Assembly (NCBI GenBank): GCA_036172245.1
Contig: JAYWIR010000063.1
Location: 186,001-250,000 of the forward strand
DNA length: 64,000 bases
Reading direction: 5' to 3'
Origin: Raillietiella orientalis
Lineage: Eukaryota
The position numbers and the translations under genes were made by a program. Positions 38,170-51,609 of this stretch are shown piece by piece. Position 1 is the first letter of the stretch; each line of letters starts with the position of its first letter. A model generated the notes under the pieces. That model did no database searches. It was given only the letters and a program-made list of their open reading frames with translations, and was not told where the DNA came from.

Positions 38170-41100
38170 CAGCGGGCCCCCCTCCCCCGTGATGGGTCGG
38201 ATGGTGGCGCCACGAGCGCCTTCTGCTGGCGACTTCTTGGGAGCTCGCTGCTCGGGAGCCCTCTGCTGCATCTGTTCCCGCGTGCGGGCGGAGCCACATC
38301 GTCCGAGGAGGTCGCGTGCGAATCTCCTCAGTGCCTAAAACCCGCCGTAGCAGCGGTGGCTCGCGCGGGGGAGTCCTGCCTTCAAGGAGAGCGCCAGGAG
38401 CGTCTGTCTCTTCCCACCTGTCCCCCGCGAGGCTGCCGCCTCCATCCGCTGGAGCTCGCGCAGCTGCGCCGATCGACATGCGTTTCCCAACGTACCCCGA
38501 TGCGAATTTTCCGGCGAGCTTTCTGCGTCCTCTTCACGAGAATCACGACGATCCACGCCGACAGGAGGAGCGTGATGGCGCTGACGCATCCCAGAGAGAT
38601 CGGAATCAGGTAGTGGTACTCGCTGTCGCTGTACATCTGCATCTGGAAGAGAGAAAAAGATGGAAGCGCGCACTGAAAGGGCGGCCGCGTCAGGGATCGT
38701 GCTCGGCGCTTCTTTCGCTGCAACGAAGGTTCCCCACGCGGTCGTGAGCAGCCCGCGGGCGTTCCAAAAGCAGGGCGCCCCTCTACCCCTACGCTTACCC
38801 TGCTCCCCGGAACCTGGAATCCAGGTGACGAACTTGCTCTGCGGGAAAACAGCGGGAAACATCGCCGTGTTTTCCCTCTCGCTCGCCTACCTGTCGCCCC
38901 GGCCCACCTGGAAAAGGCCCAAGCCAACCTCGCGTGCGACTCCAGCTCCTTGCCCAGCCGGGTGGATCGAACCTCGGAGTTGGGACGGAACCGCCGATTC
39001 GGAACTTCCCGAATCTCCGCCGGCAGCAGGAGAAACCGTGCGAGGACTCGAAACGGAGGCAGGAAACTTCCCTGCTTTTGGTGAGCAAGTGGACCGCCTT
39101 GTGGCGCGTCCACCCGGAGCCGGAGGCGTTCGCGCCCCGCTCCACCCGTTTCACCTTCCACTGCGGGTGAGCACACGGCGACCCCCCCCTCGGTGCCGCT
39201 TCCTCTGAAGTCTACGGCTGCATCGCCCAGCGAGGGAAGGCGCCTGAGCACATTTCGCCCCGATGGCTCGCGTATCCTTGCAGGGAGTCGTTTACGATCA
39301 GCGTGGGCTCCTCCCTGTGTCGATGCAGACGCTCGAGTGCACGCGCTTCGAGCTCATCCCTACAGCATGAGTGGGCGCACTTGGATGCTCACCGGAAGTA
39401 ATGATAAAGGATGTCCGCGGAAAGGCATTTCGTAGGTGGGTTTGTGGGGACTGCGAAAAAGCACGAAGTCTCCACACAGAGGGGACCCCGGCGCGTCTGC
39501 CGGCGCAGCGCTCCGCCGCTTCCGGGTGCTCTCCGAGTCGCTTCCTTTTGGAGAAGCCGAGCGCTCTCCTAGTGTCCCCCCGTCGCAGGGGGTAAGGGTT
39601 CTGGGGCGGACCACTGACCACCCCGGGAGTACTCCGAAACGCCCGGTTCTCCTTCTGGATGAGGAGCGCCCACGCCAAGACGCCCTCGGAGGCGAGCCCT
39701 TTCGTGCCTCCTCCTGCAAGGGACAGCCGGTCTCTTCCCCACATCCTCCGGAGATGCTGGACCCACCCACAGTGTCGGTCGCGGTGCGGGCTATTCCGCG
39801 CTATTTTGGCGTTGCTCCCACTGGAGCACCCGCCGCCCTCCCCATCGGCATGACCGCCTTCTTCTTTTCGGTCGGGGCTCTCCTCGAAGGACGCCGTGCA
39901 TGCGAGGATCTTCGCTGACTGTAGGCCCGAGGCCCTTCCCCCTCTCTCCCGTCGTTGCCTCACAGGCACCAGCCTCATTGAGGCTGGTGCCTGTGGCCGT
40001 CCACCATTCCTCCTCCTCCCCTTCCTCTCCCCCGTTTCTTCTTGCCCGCTGAAGACTGCGGCAAGCACAGCTCCCTCTTCCTGCCTCCGCTTGGAGGAGT
40101 CACCTGCTGGTGGGGGGACGGAAATGCCTTTCGCGCACATCCCGGACCACCGTGTGGGGCAGCCGCCAGCCAGCCTTCCGCTTCGCCGATGAGCGGGAAG
40201 ATGGCAGCACGCTTCCTCATTGTTGCACGTCTCTGCCCACGTCACGAGCTCCTTCCTCCCTCCCGCCCCCCCATCCAGAGAGGGGCACAGCGAAGTCACG
40301 AGATGAGCACGAAAGGGAAAGTGCGGCGGATAGCGGGCGTGGCGAGGGAGTTTAAGCGTCGCCAGTTGTCTGGCGGAGTCCCCTGAAGCTCCGCCCCGCT
40401 CCCTCGGGCGACTCATCCGGTGAGGCCAGCTGGTGGTCGCAGCGCGGAAGCGCTCCGCCGGGCTCCAAGGCGTCCCCGCCCCTCAGCGCCCGGTGCTTCT
40501 GAGGTCCACCGCTCGGGCGCAGGCCCCTCCCTTCGCCCTGCGCCCGAGCGGGGGTTGTGTCTCGGGCGCGACCTTGACCCGGGTGCCCGCCGCCTTCCTG
40601 CTGGGCTGGGGGGAGGAGATCTCTGGCAGCGCCACAAGGGTGCCGGGGGCGTAGGCAGCGGCTCGGGGCCGTGCGGGGCAGTGCCGATGGGAGAAAAGCG
40701 CCTTCCATCGTGGCAGGCCGTGGGCTGCACTCCCCAAGCGCCGCCGCCGCCGGTTCGCCATTCACGATGGTCGGCGCGCTCAGATGCGGAAACGCAGGGT
40801 TGCCACCACTTTCGACTTCCCTCTCCGATGTCGCGCGCAAACCTCCCGGAGCTGTCGGTGCGCGGACGTCGAGCGAGGGGGACTCGAGCGCCCGCGGGGG
40901 CGGAAGGGGGGGCGGAGATCTCAGCCTCCTCCGGCGAGCAGCGATCGCATCCAGGAAGCGCGAGGAGCGCGGGTCTCGCCCGCAGGCACAGCCTACGTGG
41001 CTTCCCGGCCCCACACAGACCTTGCAGACTCATTGTTGCTCAACAATGGACTCGCGAGCAGGGCGAATGCGATCCGTGCGAAAATCCCCCACCCCTCATT

Positions 41101-42161
41101 TTGTTTTTGTTTTTGTCCTCCTACCGATGAAAGGCAGAAGAAAACGAATTCGAGAGCGTTCCGTGACGTCACGCGTTCTCCTCGCGGAACGCTGCCGGAC
41201 GGCAGGAGCTGCCTCATCGAACGTGGTGGCGCGGAGGTCACCCGCGCAACACCCCCGAAGGCTGCGGACGGCCACCGGCGGGCTCCGCAGAGCGCGGGGG
41301 GTGTCCCGTTCGTCGTGGGCGGAGCGCCCTCCCCCGTGCAGGGCAGCCTCCACGTCGGGCCTCTGCCCCACCCAACGCCTCGCCGCCCCGCTTCTCAGCC
41401 GGGGGAACGGGCAGCAGGAAGGGAGGAGAAGAGGAGGCGCTCGGAGGCGTCCCTTGGGGGCGGCGTTTCCCCGCGCTGCCGCCAGGAGAGCCTCTGCGGC
41501 GCTGATGCTTACCCCCCTTCCCCCCGGCCTCCCTGCGACTCACCAGCCAATCCATGGTGCCGACGCTCCCGCGGCGCCACGACATCCAGTCGTAGGTGCT
41601 ATTGCCGCCCCCCCTCTCCGGGGCGGGGCCCGCGGGGGTCGCCGTCGCCGTCGCATTGCTCGCCGCTGCAGAGGCGTTGACCACCGGGACCGTAGGGGCG
41701 GTCCTCGCTACGCTGCTGCTGTTGCTGTTCTTCTGCTGCGGGGGGGCAGCGGAGGGGGTGAGCTTAGCAGCGACCCTGCCGCCGCCGGTGGGGTGCTTCT
41801 GCTTCGCCTGGTTCGGGGCGGCGCCGGTGGCACTGTTGCTGCTGGAGACGGCGGATACGTTCCGTGACGGCGCGGGGGCGGTCGCCGCGGGGGCGGTGGT
41901 GGTAGTCGCCGCCGCGGGGGCGGGGGCGGCAGGGGAAGACCGATTGGTGCTGCCGGGCGGGCCCCCGACGGAGGTGCCTGCGTGAGCCCCCCCGCGGGCG
42001 TAGAGCACTTTGATCACGAAGGTGGCCAGGGAGACGCCCATGGCCAGGAGGACGAGCAGGAAGAGCAGCAGAGGCAGCGCCCTGCGCGCCCGCGAGACGC
42101 GCACGAAACCCCGCTCGATCTTCTCGCCGTTCTGCAGCTGCACGTAGCCCGGGGAACCCAT
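38170..42161 (-). CDS. Putative two-TM protein with Ala/Thr/Ser/Pro-rich glycosylated loop (uncharacterised)
   Basis: Exon 42161-41544 (MGSPGYVQLQNGEK...RARR-ALPLLLFLLVLLAMGVSLATFVI...mucin-like...MDWL|GTGAGT, phase 0). Exon 38642-38496 (polypyrimidine-CAG|MQMYSDSEYHYLIPISLGCVSAITLLLSAWIVVILVKRTQKARRKIRIG|GTACGT, phase 0). Possible exon 38334-38170 (TTTTAG|...|GTGAGC). Exon joining is inferred and the stop is not located. Confidence 0.6.
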
Positions 42162-44029
42162 CGCCGCCCGCTCTCCGCCGCACTGCGGACGCCCCGCGCA
42201 GCGGCGGGCGCCCCCGGCCGCAGCAGCTGCCGGCTTCCCCACCCGCCGGCTGCCGCCGCCGCCATGTTGCTGCCCCCGGCGGGACCCGCGCACACCTGCG
42301 CCCCTCCTCACCGCAGCACCAGTCCTCGCCGCACGCCTGCAGGTGCAGCCGGGACGCTCTCCCGCAGCCTTCAGCGCGGCCGGGATTCGTTCTGCGTTCC
42401 CCCGCGAGAGGACCCCCGCGAGACGGTAGTCCAGGTGCCGCCGGCAGCGCCGCAGCGGCGAGGAGCGCGTGGAAGGCGTCTTCCAGCCTCCCGGATGCCA
42501 CCGACGGTGCCGGTGCTGGCTCCAGCGCGGAGCGCCGCTTTCACGCTGGGCGGACTCACCCCAGCTATGACGGACGGACGCGCCCCAGCCGGACCGGACG
42601 GACGCACCTCAGTGACGTCGGGGAGGGGGGGCGCAACAGCAGCAAGCTGGACGGACGAAGCAGAGGACGCAGGGAGCAGTTAGGGGGGGATCTTGGAGCA
42701 CTTGCTGTGCTCGGGGCACGTTGTGAGGGTGGATCGCGTTTGCGAGTGCAGGTGGCGGAAAAAGCTGAGCGAAACCGTGGTGGAAGAGGATCGCAGAATC
42801 CCCTGGGTACTCTTCGCGAAACGGTGGGTACTGCGCGTGTTGCCCGCGGGCTACGATGGAGAGCGCTGCCCCAGTTAAGGGCGCTCGCAGTCAGAGCTCC
42901 CGGGTTCGGCGCGCTCATGGTCCAGGTGGCCGCGTGGGCCTTCGCCCGCAGCCGGAAACGGGCACCGCGAGAGGGGTTGAGGGCTCTCCGTCCTTACGCA
43001 GCTTCGGAGACGGCTTTCGCAGGCGGCGAAGGCACGTCGTCGTCGCCATGGTGACGGAGCTTGCGTCCGGACACTCTTGGCGTACCTCGAGCACCCTCGC
43101 CGACCTCCCGGCTCGCTGCCTTCTTTCGTCTCTTCGCTCTCCCTTTGTTGGGCGGATAAGCGGTCCACACGTTAGCCTGGACCCTTCGTGGCCGTTGGGC
43201 AGTTCCTATTCTCCCGACTGGGCCATCGTTCCTTCGTCCTTCTTCTTCCGAGATGCCCCATGTACATTTCGTCCGCGCCGATCCCGGGGCGTCGGAACCG
43301 GACCACCATCACCAACCAGGAGGTTCACGGGTGCGTTTGGCAGTCCGCTGGTGACGTTAGCAAGCGAAGGCGACGAAAGCGCGGGTGACGTGCGACGAAA
43401 GTGCCGCAGCCGCTGCCGTGGCAACGCGCGCGCGCGCGATGACGAGGGTCATGTCAGAGAAGGGGCTGGGGGTCCAGTCGAATCGCATCCGTAGCATCCT
43501 TGAACGTGACGGATACCTCGAAGACGCACGCGCGTGCTCTCGGAACACGCTGGCATGCGGTCACACAGGCAAAGGGCAGTCCTATTCGGACAGTCCTATT
43601 TGTCCGCGACGCACAGTACTTAAGGCATTGAAATTTGTTTTCTTTTGTTCTTTTCTTCATCTGATATATGTACGTACATACACTACGTACTGTACATACA
43701 AATGCACACATCTATAAGCAACGGGAGAAGAGTGTGACCGAACACTCTTCTCTTGTGTGTGCACACGTGTGACATTCGTGCTCAATATCTGTTTCTGTCT
43801 GTCTATCTACATCTAGTCATGCATACATATCTATGGATCCAAATATCCATATATATCTACGTAAACCTATCTTCTCCATACAGATAGAAAGATATAGATA
43901 CGTATACATAGAAGTTGATGGCTATGGACAAATGTAGATAAAAATGGATCGATACAGCAAGAAGTACACATCTATATCAATCCATAGATAGTTATCTATC
44001 TATCTATCTATTCGGGCAGCACTGCAGCA

Positions 44030-44954
44030 GACCGGCAGGTTCTGCGAGCAGTGGTCGTTCGCGGCGAAATGGGGAGTTATGGTGACCATCTCCGGAAGGG
44101 AGCAAGAACTGGGTGAGTGGTAGACGGGCCAGCTCACCGACGCTGCGACCCCGAGTCCGTAAGGTGGTGACCTTACGGACTCTTGCGCTGGGGCGAGCTG
44201 CCGGATGTTCCGGTGGGACATCTGAAGTGGCCCCCGGTGCTTATGGACAACTGCACCGTCCCCGTGAAGTGGCAGGAGTTGACGCTGTTAGTACTGTGCT
44301 GGCGTCTCCCGCGCAACGCCCGCTGCCAACACCGGTCGTGGGTATGTATGTGTGGACCCGAACCGTGTCAGGTGAGGGGTAAGGGAATTCCTTCCCCACC
44401 TGTTAGTGGACTGTGTTGCCCTCCGATCCCTCTGGGAACGCTTTTCGGCGGTCCTGGTAACCCCCGGTGGCAACTCCAGGGACGCCCTTAAACCCCTCTT
44501 CGTTCGCGACGTCCTTCGGCTAGAGTCCTCCCTTGCAGCCTTGTGCGGCCTACGCGGGACCGTCGCAGCCTGCAGCCAAGCAACGGGAGGACCCGGCGAC
44601 ACGGATGGCATCCATTTCGCCGTCCAATTCATCAGGATGGCAACGAGATGGCCCCACCTGGACAGGAATATCCAGCAAGACCTTGCCGACACCCTAGAGA
44701 GGATGGACGGGACTACAACCAGCGGACAGGGATCCCTTCCCTCACCCCCCATAGTGTATTTGTTTTTTTTTTTTGTTTTCTTTTTCTTTCTTTTTGTTTG
44801 CTCCCTCCCCTCGGCTGCCGTGTTTGCGACCGCGCCGGTCTGCGACCCGGCGACCCAGAAGGTCTCTTAAATTGTGCGTGGTCGGACCACTGGTCCAAGC
44901 ACCGTTTTTTATGAAAGTTCATTTTTGAAATAAACGCCCCGGTGCACCCGGGTG
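44030..44954 (+). mobile_element. L1/Tx1-like LINE 3' end (zf-RVT C-terminal domain and 3' UTR)
   Basis: LRWGELPDVPVGHLKWP...PVKWQELTLLVLCWRLPRNAR, then DPNRVR*GVREFLPHLLVDCVALRSLWERF (decayed C..C...E...HL...C...W), a T-rich UTR and the junction motif at 44929-44954. Confidence 0.8.
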
Positions 44955-45270
44955 AGAATCGAGCGGTGGTCGTGGTGGAGCCGCAGCCCTGCCACCGCCC
45001 ACCGCCTTCTTGCGTTGATGGGCTGCAGGAAGCACCCTGGCGCGATCGGGTGAGGCGGCGTTGTCTGGCGGCGGCAGGTCGAGGACAGGGGAGAATTCGG
45101 TTCCACTTCGCGCCCCCGGCGTCACTCCCGGGTGCTTCCTCGAAGATGCAGCCGCCGCAGGAAGAGACCGCCGTCTGCGTCCGCCTCCCACAGCGCCTGC
45201 AGCCGTGTGACCAAACCGTCCGTCCAAGGGAACATCGCCATGGTCAACGTCTTCTCCAAAGAACTGTTGG
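44955..45270 (-). mobile_element. APE N-terminus remnant antisense to the LINE 3' end
   Basis: TLTMAMFPWTDGL...ADADGGLFLRRLHL, then HPGVTPGARSGT: degenerate motifs I-III. Confidence 0.5.
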
Positions 45271-46549
45271 CAATCAGCAGTCGTCACGTTCTGCTACCGC
45301 GTCTTCCTGGAAGGATCCACGTATGGCAGCCTCCCCGCGCACCCCATACTGAATCCCTGTCGGGCGGTACCCACGGAATTTGCAACTGAAAGCTGCCGGG
45401 GAGAGGGAAACGTTCGGTTCCGGCCCGTAGAGAACCCTCGAAAGGAGTTCCGAGAAGGATGACGTCAGCGCGAGGAAGGCTCGCCTTAGCATTGGCTGGC
45501 GCTGTTGCGGAAGGGAGGAGGGCGCGCGCGAATCGTGCGCGTGCGCCCGCTTGCTGCCCGTGGCGGCGGGAAGGTAGGTGGCCCCTTGCCGCCGGCGCTG
45601 CGGAGCTTCCACTGCCTGCAGGGGGGCGGAAAAACGCGCGCCGGTGCGTCACGTGGAGCATCGGCGTTTTCGGGCCGCCGTTGGTTGCGCTTCCCTTCGC
45701 CTCCTTTTCTCCCAGCAGGGAGCCTCGTCTGGAGGCGGAGGGAACCGAACACTCCTGCCCAGTGGCGTCTTCTCGTTCGCCGATTGCTCTGATGGCAGAT
45801 CCCGGGAACTCGAAGACTCCAGAGTGAGGGGGGGGAGGAAAGCTCTCTCTCTCTGGCAGCAGCAACTTCTCCGCTTCCGTAACGAAGATCGCATCCAGAG
45901 AAGGGGCGCTTCCCAGATCACGTGGTCGCTTGAGGTTTCCCGAAGCGCTTCTCGTAGTATGGCTGCGCGCGCACGCGGGGAGGGGTGGGAGGGCGAGATG
46001 GGAGGAACACGACGACCCTTTGCTGCACTTTTCGCCACACCTCCTCCCCACTCGAGCCTTCCTCCCCACCCGAAGCTTGGCTGAAGCGAAATCCACTCGT
46101 GGATGCTTCCCAGGCCACTGGGTCTCCCGAACGGTGGACTGCCCTGTTGGATGCCCTTGTCGTGACGAATCGAAATGCATGGAGGACTTTTCAAAAGGAA
46201 AACGAAAAGGGAAAAAACTGCGTTTCTTGGGACTGCAGTGATGCCAGGTGCACTGCTCGCGCCGAACGCGTGACGAACACATATGCAATGTGCCACACGT
46301 ACCATGTTGACGACTGGGATCCCTGCCTGCCTTCATAGCAACTTCCGCTCTGCACCTTCCGCCTTTCTGGTTTGCTGGTGCTTTTCCCAATCACAGAATT
46401 CTTTCACCTCGCTGCAAGAACACTTACGATCGGCTGAGGTGTTCCGAACACCGCAGCCGCTCTTGTGGGAACGGAGGAGGAGGCAGGAAGTCATCTTAGG
46501 AGTGACGGCGGAGCACATACCAATCCCGAAAGATCACAAGGAATGAGCA

Positions 46550-47930
46550 CACGTGTTCAGTGTATACATTAGCATGTATGTTAGATTACTGTGTAGAGTA
46601 GTATGCATTTTAAAGATCATAAACGATAAGTACATATCTATATTTATTTACAGATTAATATGCAAATTTATTTTAGCATAGACATCCGTTATTATAATTA
46701 ATAATATGCACTAATATATTGTAGTGGTATACATTAAAGATTTTAAAAATCAACAAGTGTGCGTGTGCTATGTATACATATGCTAGATATGTATAGGGGA
46801 TGAATATGTAAATACCGAATTATAACTGTGCATGCGTTTATGCCTCGATTAAAATCCCGAAAAGGGAATTCGTCATTTCCTGAGGAATTTCCATCTGATG
46901 AGCGTCGGAGGATGAAATGCAAAATTTCTCGTTCGCCATTTTCTCATTTGCTTGCTTTTTCCTTTTTTTCCACTACCGTTTTCCATTTCTCGCAATTCTA
47001 TCTTTATATATTCACTCAACTGGCATTTATTGTATGCAAACGTACACATATTTATTCGACACATATGTTATTTTCTATAATCTGTAAGATATTTTTATTA
47101 TTAATATATTAATAAATATTATTAATAAATGGATAACACGAATTTTAATAAATATTAACAAATGCATACGCTAAAATAAACCTGTATGTTTATCCACACA
47201 TAAATATACAAATTAAATAATGTATACGCCAAACACACATGCTTATGATGTATGTACGTATCGTATTTATATCTGTATATATATTTCCACGTAGTATCTG
47301 TATTAGAACACATTTACATATAGGTTAATAACATTATAAGTAGATACATTTATTTTTAATAATATTTATGATGTACAATAATTTATGCACAAATGTATGT
47401 ATTAATATGTAATTGACATAATTATATCAATAATATGTATGTTAATAAATATTAATGATTATGTACGCTAAAATAAGCTTGTGTATTCATCTGCATATAA
47501 ATATACATATTTAATAAACATATATATCAAATATGCATACTGATTAAGCATATGGACACATATTTATGTATACTATGTATATTAGCGTATATAATTGCAT
47601 ATTGTATATTTACTAATATATACAAGGGTATATACTATGTATATACACTTCTCTATAGCATGTATGTTAATGTACATTTATATATGCATTAATACACATA
47701 ATATGCACATACATTTATTTTTTATGATATTCATAACATACATTAATCTATACCAAATATATGGATTAATGTATAATAGACATAATCATATCAATAATGT
47801 TAATAAATATGCATGTTAAAATAGATGTGTATATTAATCTATATATAAATAAGTATATATATGCTTTTCACATTCCCCATAACGTATATTAATCCATACA
47901 TATGCATACATAATGGGTATTTATTTTCAA
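46550..47930. repeat. Very AT-rich low-complexity tract
   Basis: Degenerate TA/ATAC repeats similar in texture to 23480-24060. Confidence 0.8.
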
Positions 47931-48849
47931 GACGTCTCGGGATTTTGAACCGAACCCAAATGCAGGTTTGCAGCACTCGCTCTGACCAAGGCGGAAGACT
48001 GGAGTGAGCGGTGGAGGAGCTCTCGTTGGCGCACTGGCTGAGATGGCGGTGCCCCGTTAGGAAGCAGCACCGCAGTAGCCGCCGCCAGCGGAGGGGCCAA
48101 GGTCCGCTGAGCTGGTCTGCGTCCAGTCCATCCGTAATTTCTCCGGCAGGGGTTCCCGATGTGGGAACACTGCAGCGGCGGAGGTACTTCCGTTCATTGT
48201 TGGCGCGGACGGATGCATCGCAAATACGAAGTGCCGCGCTGTTTCGTTGCAGCGTGCGTGCGCACACGTGAATCCTCTTCCGGAAATCTCCAGGATTTAC
48301 ACTGACGCACGCAGCAAATGTTTGCGAGATGACTTTTTTGCTTTTTTGAATGCGGTAATGCTGCGAGTAACACCACTGCTGGGGAATCCTTTCGAGATCG
48401 TTTTTTAACTCTACTTTAGCGCAGCGGATGCCTTCGCGCTAAAGGTCGGGACTGTTTTGCCGTCCTTGCGTTGCGCTGACAACAGGATTTGAAGGATGCC
48501 GCTGATCAACAAGGTCCTTTCTTCTTCCATGCATATGCGCATTTGGCCACCTCATTAAGGAAGTTCGGACCAAAATTCGAATATCTGCCACACAACGTGA
48601 TCCGTATTGGACTTGAAGATTCCCACTCTTTGAAAATTAAATCAGCGACGGCAAACACGAAGTTTTGTATCGCAGCCTGTTTGACCTTCCGGCTGTTCCA
48701 TCGTTATAATTAGCCCTCGAAGATCCCAAGAGATCTGTCTGCCCTCGTGTTTCGAAGCTGAAGTGGTGTACCGGAAGTGCACAGCCAACTTACAGTCAAA
48801 CAGAGGCGGGGTACTTCTTAATCGGTCTTCTTAACAGTACCATCATCTT

Positions 48850-49112
48850 GACTTACTTTTCTCTTGAGCTGGAACACCCCACCAGCGCTCTGCAGTACCT
48901 TCCGTCAGAGCTCCTTTCTTGCTCGCATCCCTCTGAGACAGCACTCAAGTCTCGATCCCTCTCCCCCGGGAAAACTGCAAGACACCGGGGGACAAGTTTG
49001 CCGAAGGTTATTGGGAAGACACGACCCGGTCCTCTTGATCCCCTCCCCGGTGCAAGATGCACCCGCATTGGTCACAGCAGCAGCTGGAAACGGCTCTTCG
49101 GTTTGGATCGAA
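48850..49112 (+). mobile_element. APE N-terminus remnant antisense to the LINE 3' end
   Basis: LLSWNT near 48861, LSPGKTARHRGT near 48958-48993, running into VTPGRLF at the junction. Confidence 0.5.
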
Positions 49113-50150
49113 ACCTGGTGACGCCGGGGCGTTTATTTATTTATTTGTTAAAAATAAAACATACAAGTCAATTGGCAGTACGCTTGGTCCTGCCACGTTA
49201 CAAATGTGACCACGGCAACCTACCGAGAACCGGCGCGCTGGTCGGCGAGGTTCGCCACGGCAGCGCAGGGAAGGGGGAGGCAAGCAAAAATAAAAAAAAA
49301 AATTGAAAAAAATTGAGGGGTTCGGGAAGGTCACTGCGTGCTGGAGGGCGTCCTCTGCATTCTTGTCAGGATGCCGACAAGTTCCTGTCTAAGGGTGCCC
49401 AGATGGGGTCATCTTGACGCTGTCCTCATGAAGAGGACAGCAAAATAGATGGCGTCCCTGTGGTCCTGGCCTCCTCTGGAGTTCCTCCATGCAGCCACTG
49501 TCCCGCCACGTGAACAGCAAAGTATTGCTAGGGATGCGGCCAGCGTGATTGCCCTCGGGGATCCACAGGGACGCGGCGAAGCACTTCCACATGGGAAGGA
49601 GGGCAACACACTCCATGAGCAGGTTCAGGAGGGACTCTCTCGTCTCACCTGCCGCAGCTCGAACTCACCTCCACCCCCGGGTTCCAATGCTGCCGGCAGG
49701 GGTTGCACGGGAGGCCCAGTGCAACAGCAGGGTCGCCGACCCCTGCCGCTTTAAGGAGAATGCTGCACTGTCCCAACACTCTAGGGCCACTTCACTTCCT
49801 CCGGAGGAATTTGTAGTAGCTCTTCCCAGCGTAGCAGTCCTTTTGGTGGGGCACTCGCAGTCGCGGCGTCCGCCAGCTCCCGAGTTGTCCAGGCACTCAA
49901 ATGTCTTTTCATGTTTTGTATTACGCAGGTCACTTCCCACCTCACTGGATGTTGACAGTCCATTGCTCCCCTTAGGGGGAGCAGCACTGGGGAGAGGGGG
50001 TGAACGAGGCCCACAAAACATTCCTGGTGTCCCCCAGGATCTCCTTCAGCGGCTGGAGAGCGTATCTGCTGTTCCGTGGGCAAATGAACTCTGCCTTGCC
50101 CGCGTCCTTCATTTTTCCCCAAACGAAAACGTGACTCCTGCATCCAGGCT
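49113..50150 (-). mobile_element. L1/Tx1-like LINE 3' end
   Basis: LRWEELLQIPPEEVKWP, LKRQGSATLLLHW, ESLLNLLMECVALLPMWKCF and DAIYFAVLFMRTASR are homologous to 44180-44700; T-rich UTR; junction motif at 49113-49137. Confidence 0.8.
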
Positions 50151-50364
50151 GTCCAGTTGGCGGGGAGGGCGGAGATCCAGGAGCTCTTCTGTTACGGGCT
50201 CGTGGAGCGCATATGCGCCTCCCTCACGGGCGCCCGTTCATTTCTAGCGAAGCTGCTAGAGAGAGATGCTCACCTGAACACCCGCCGTTTCGGCGGAAGG
50301 CATGCCCACGGGGTGCCGGTTGGAAGAGGGACTGGCAAGGGCGACAGCCTCCGCATCGGCTCCT

Positions 50365-50975
50365 GCTGGCGGCCGTGTAGCTGCGGTCTCTGCGTGTGGC
50401 GCCAGATGTCGCAGCTTCAAATCCCGCCCAAGCGGGAAGGGTCGACGCCGATAAATGGGTGCGTCGTGGGTTTCGAATCCCTCCGCAGGATGATCCCAAG
50501 AGCTTCGGGTGCGGCGGCACTGGTGGAAGGGGTCCGGATGCCTCTGTTGACCGACCGTGATTAGAAGTCGATCCTCCGGGGTACTTCCAGGAATCGAGGA
50601 GTTCTTCGAGATTCTCCCCTCTGGTCGTGGATAGGAAGCCGTTTCTTCCCCCTCGAGGGAGTGACTCTCCATCGCGTTCCATAAAGCTGGTTGATATCTC
50701 CCTCGGTGGGTCGCCTGCCCAGAGTGTCAGGAGCGCCTCCTCCCTTCCGAGTTTTCTTCATAGGAGGAAGCAAAGAAAGAGCGGTTCCCTCCGGAGGAGA
50801 AATCCAGGAGGATTAGACGCTTTCCCGGTTTCCTTTGGAGAAGAAACGAGAAGCGTCCCCCTCCGGAGGGAACAAAGAAGAAAATGTTCCCTTCGGGGTT
50901 TCCTTCGGAGACAACCAGGGCGAGGACTCTCTTCGGGGTACCAATAATTGAAGAGTGCTGCGGTTCTCGGCAACC
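50365..50975 (+). mobile_element. tRNA-derived SINE, copy 6
   Basis: gtgtagctgcggtctctgcgtgtggcgccagatgtcgcagcttcaaatcccgcc...gggaagggtcgacgccga...gcgtcgtgggtttcgaatccc matches 535-655. Confidence 0.7.
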
Positions 50976-51059
50976 CTATTTTACACCATCGCATTCCCAC
51001 CTTCATTCCACGTCGACTCGGTGTCGCTCTCTCTGACAGAACCGCTCGGTTCCTCCTCC

Positions 51060-51430
51060 AAACCGAAGAGCGTGTTTGTGTTGCCTTCCGGCTCCTTTCG
51101 GACGCTTCGCCGCGTCTCTGAGGATCCCCGAGGCCAACCCCATAGACATCTATCAGGTTCACCGACCTGCGTGCCGGTTACTCGGCAAGTTCCGAACTCT
51201 TTCGGACTTTGTAGGGCCGATGGCCCACACATGCTTGTTTGTTTTAAAATAAACGCCCCGGCGCATCCGGGTGTCCAACAGGAACAGGAACACCTGTTCC
51301 GTGCCTTGTTCCTGGCTCCTCGCCCACGTGCGAACGGTTTTCTGTAGCCGGACAACACTGTCGAAGGTGTGGACAACGCGATGCCCACTGTCGCCGCTAT
51401 GCCTCCCGGGCTTTTCCTGCCTGTTTTTGG
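51060..51430 (+). mobile_element. Internally deleted LINE 3' end (+) fused to an antisense APE fragment
   Basis: tgtgttgcc...gcttcgccgcgtctctgaggatccccgagg matches the reverse complement of 49550-49610; junction motif at 51248-51273; beyond it the minus strand reads KSPGGIAATVGIAL (motif III-like). Confidence 0.6.
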
Positions 51431-51609
51431 GCTGCTGATGCTCTCGGATCGGTTTCCCCTTAGGAGGTTCTCATGTCCTGGATGACCCTGGAAGTACGAG
51501 AGGATGCCAGGAGGAGTCCATGACCCACGCAGGAGCCGCGTAGGTTTGTCCCGGGATGATCAGGGGTTCCGCGACCCTTCCCAGGCGCGTTGCCCGGATT
51601 TTCGAGAGC

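Noticed and set aside
46865..46930. Hammerhead ribozyme (GTC...CTGATGA...GAAA)
   Set aside because: Core words are in type III order, but stems I-III do not pair convincingly.
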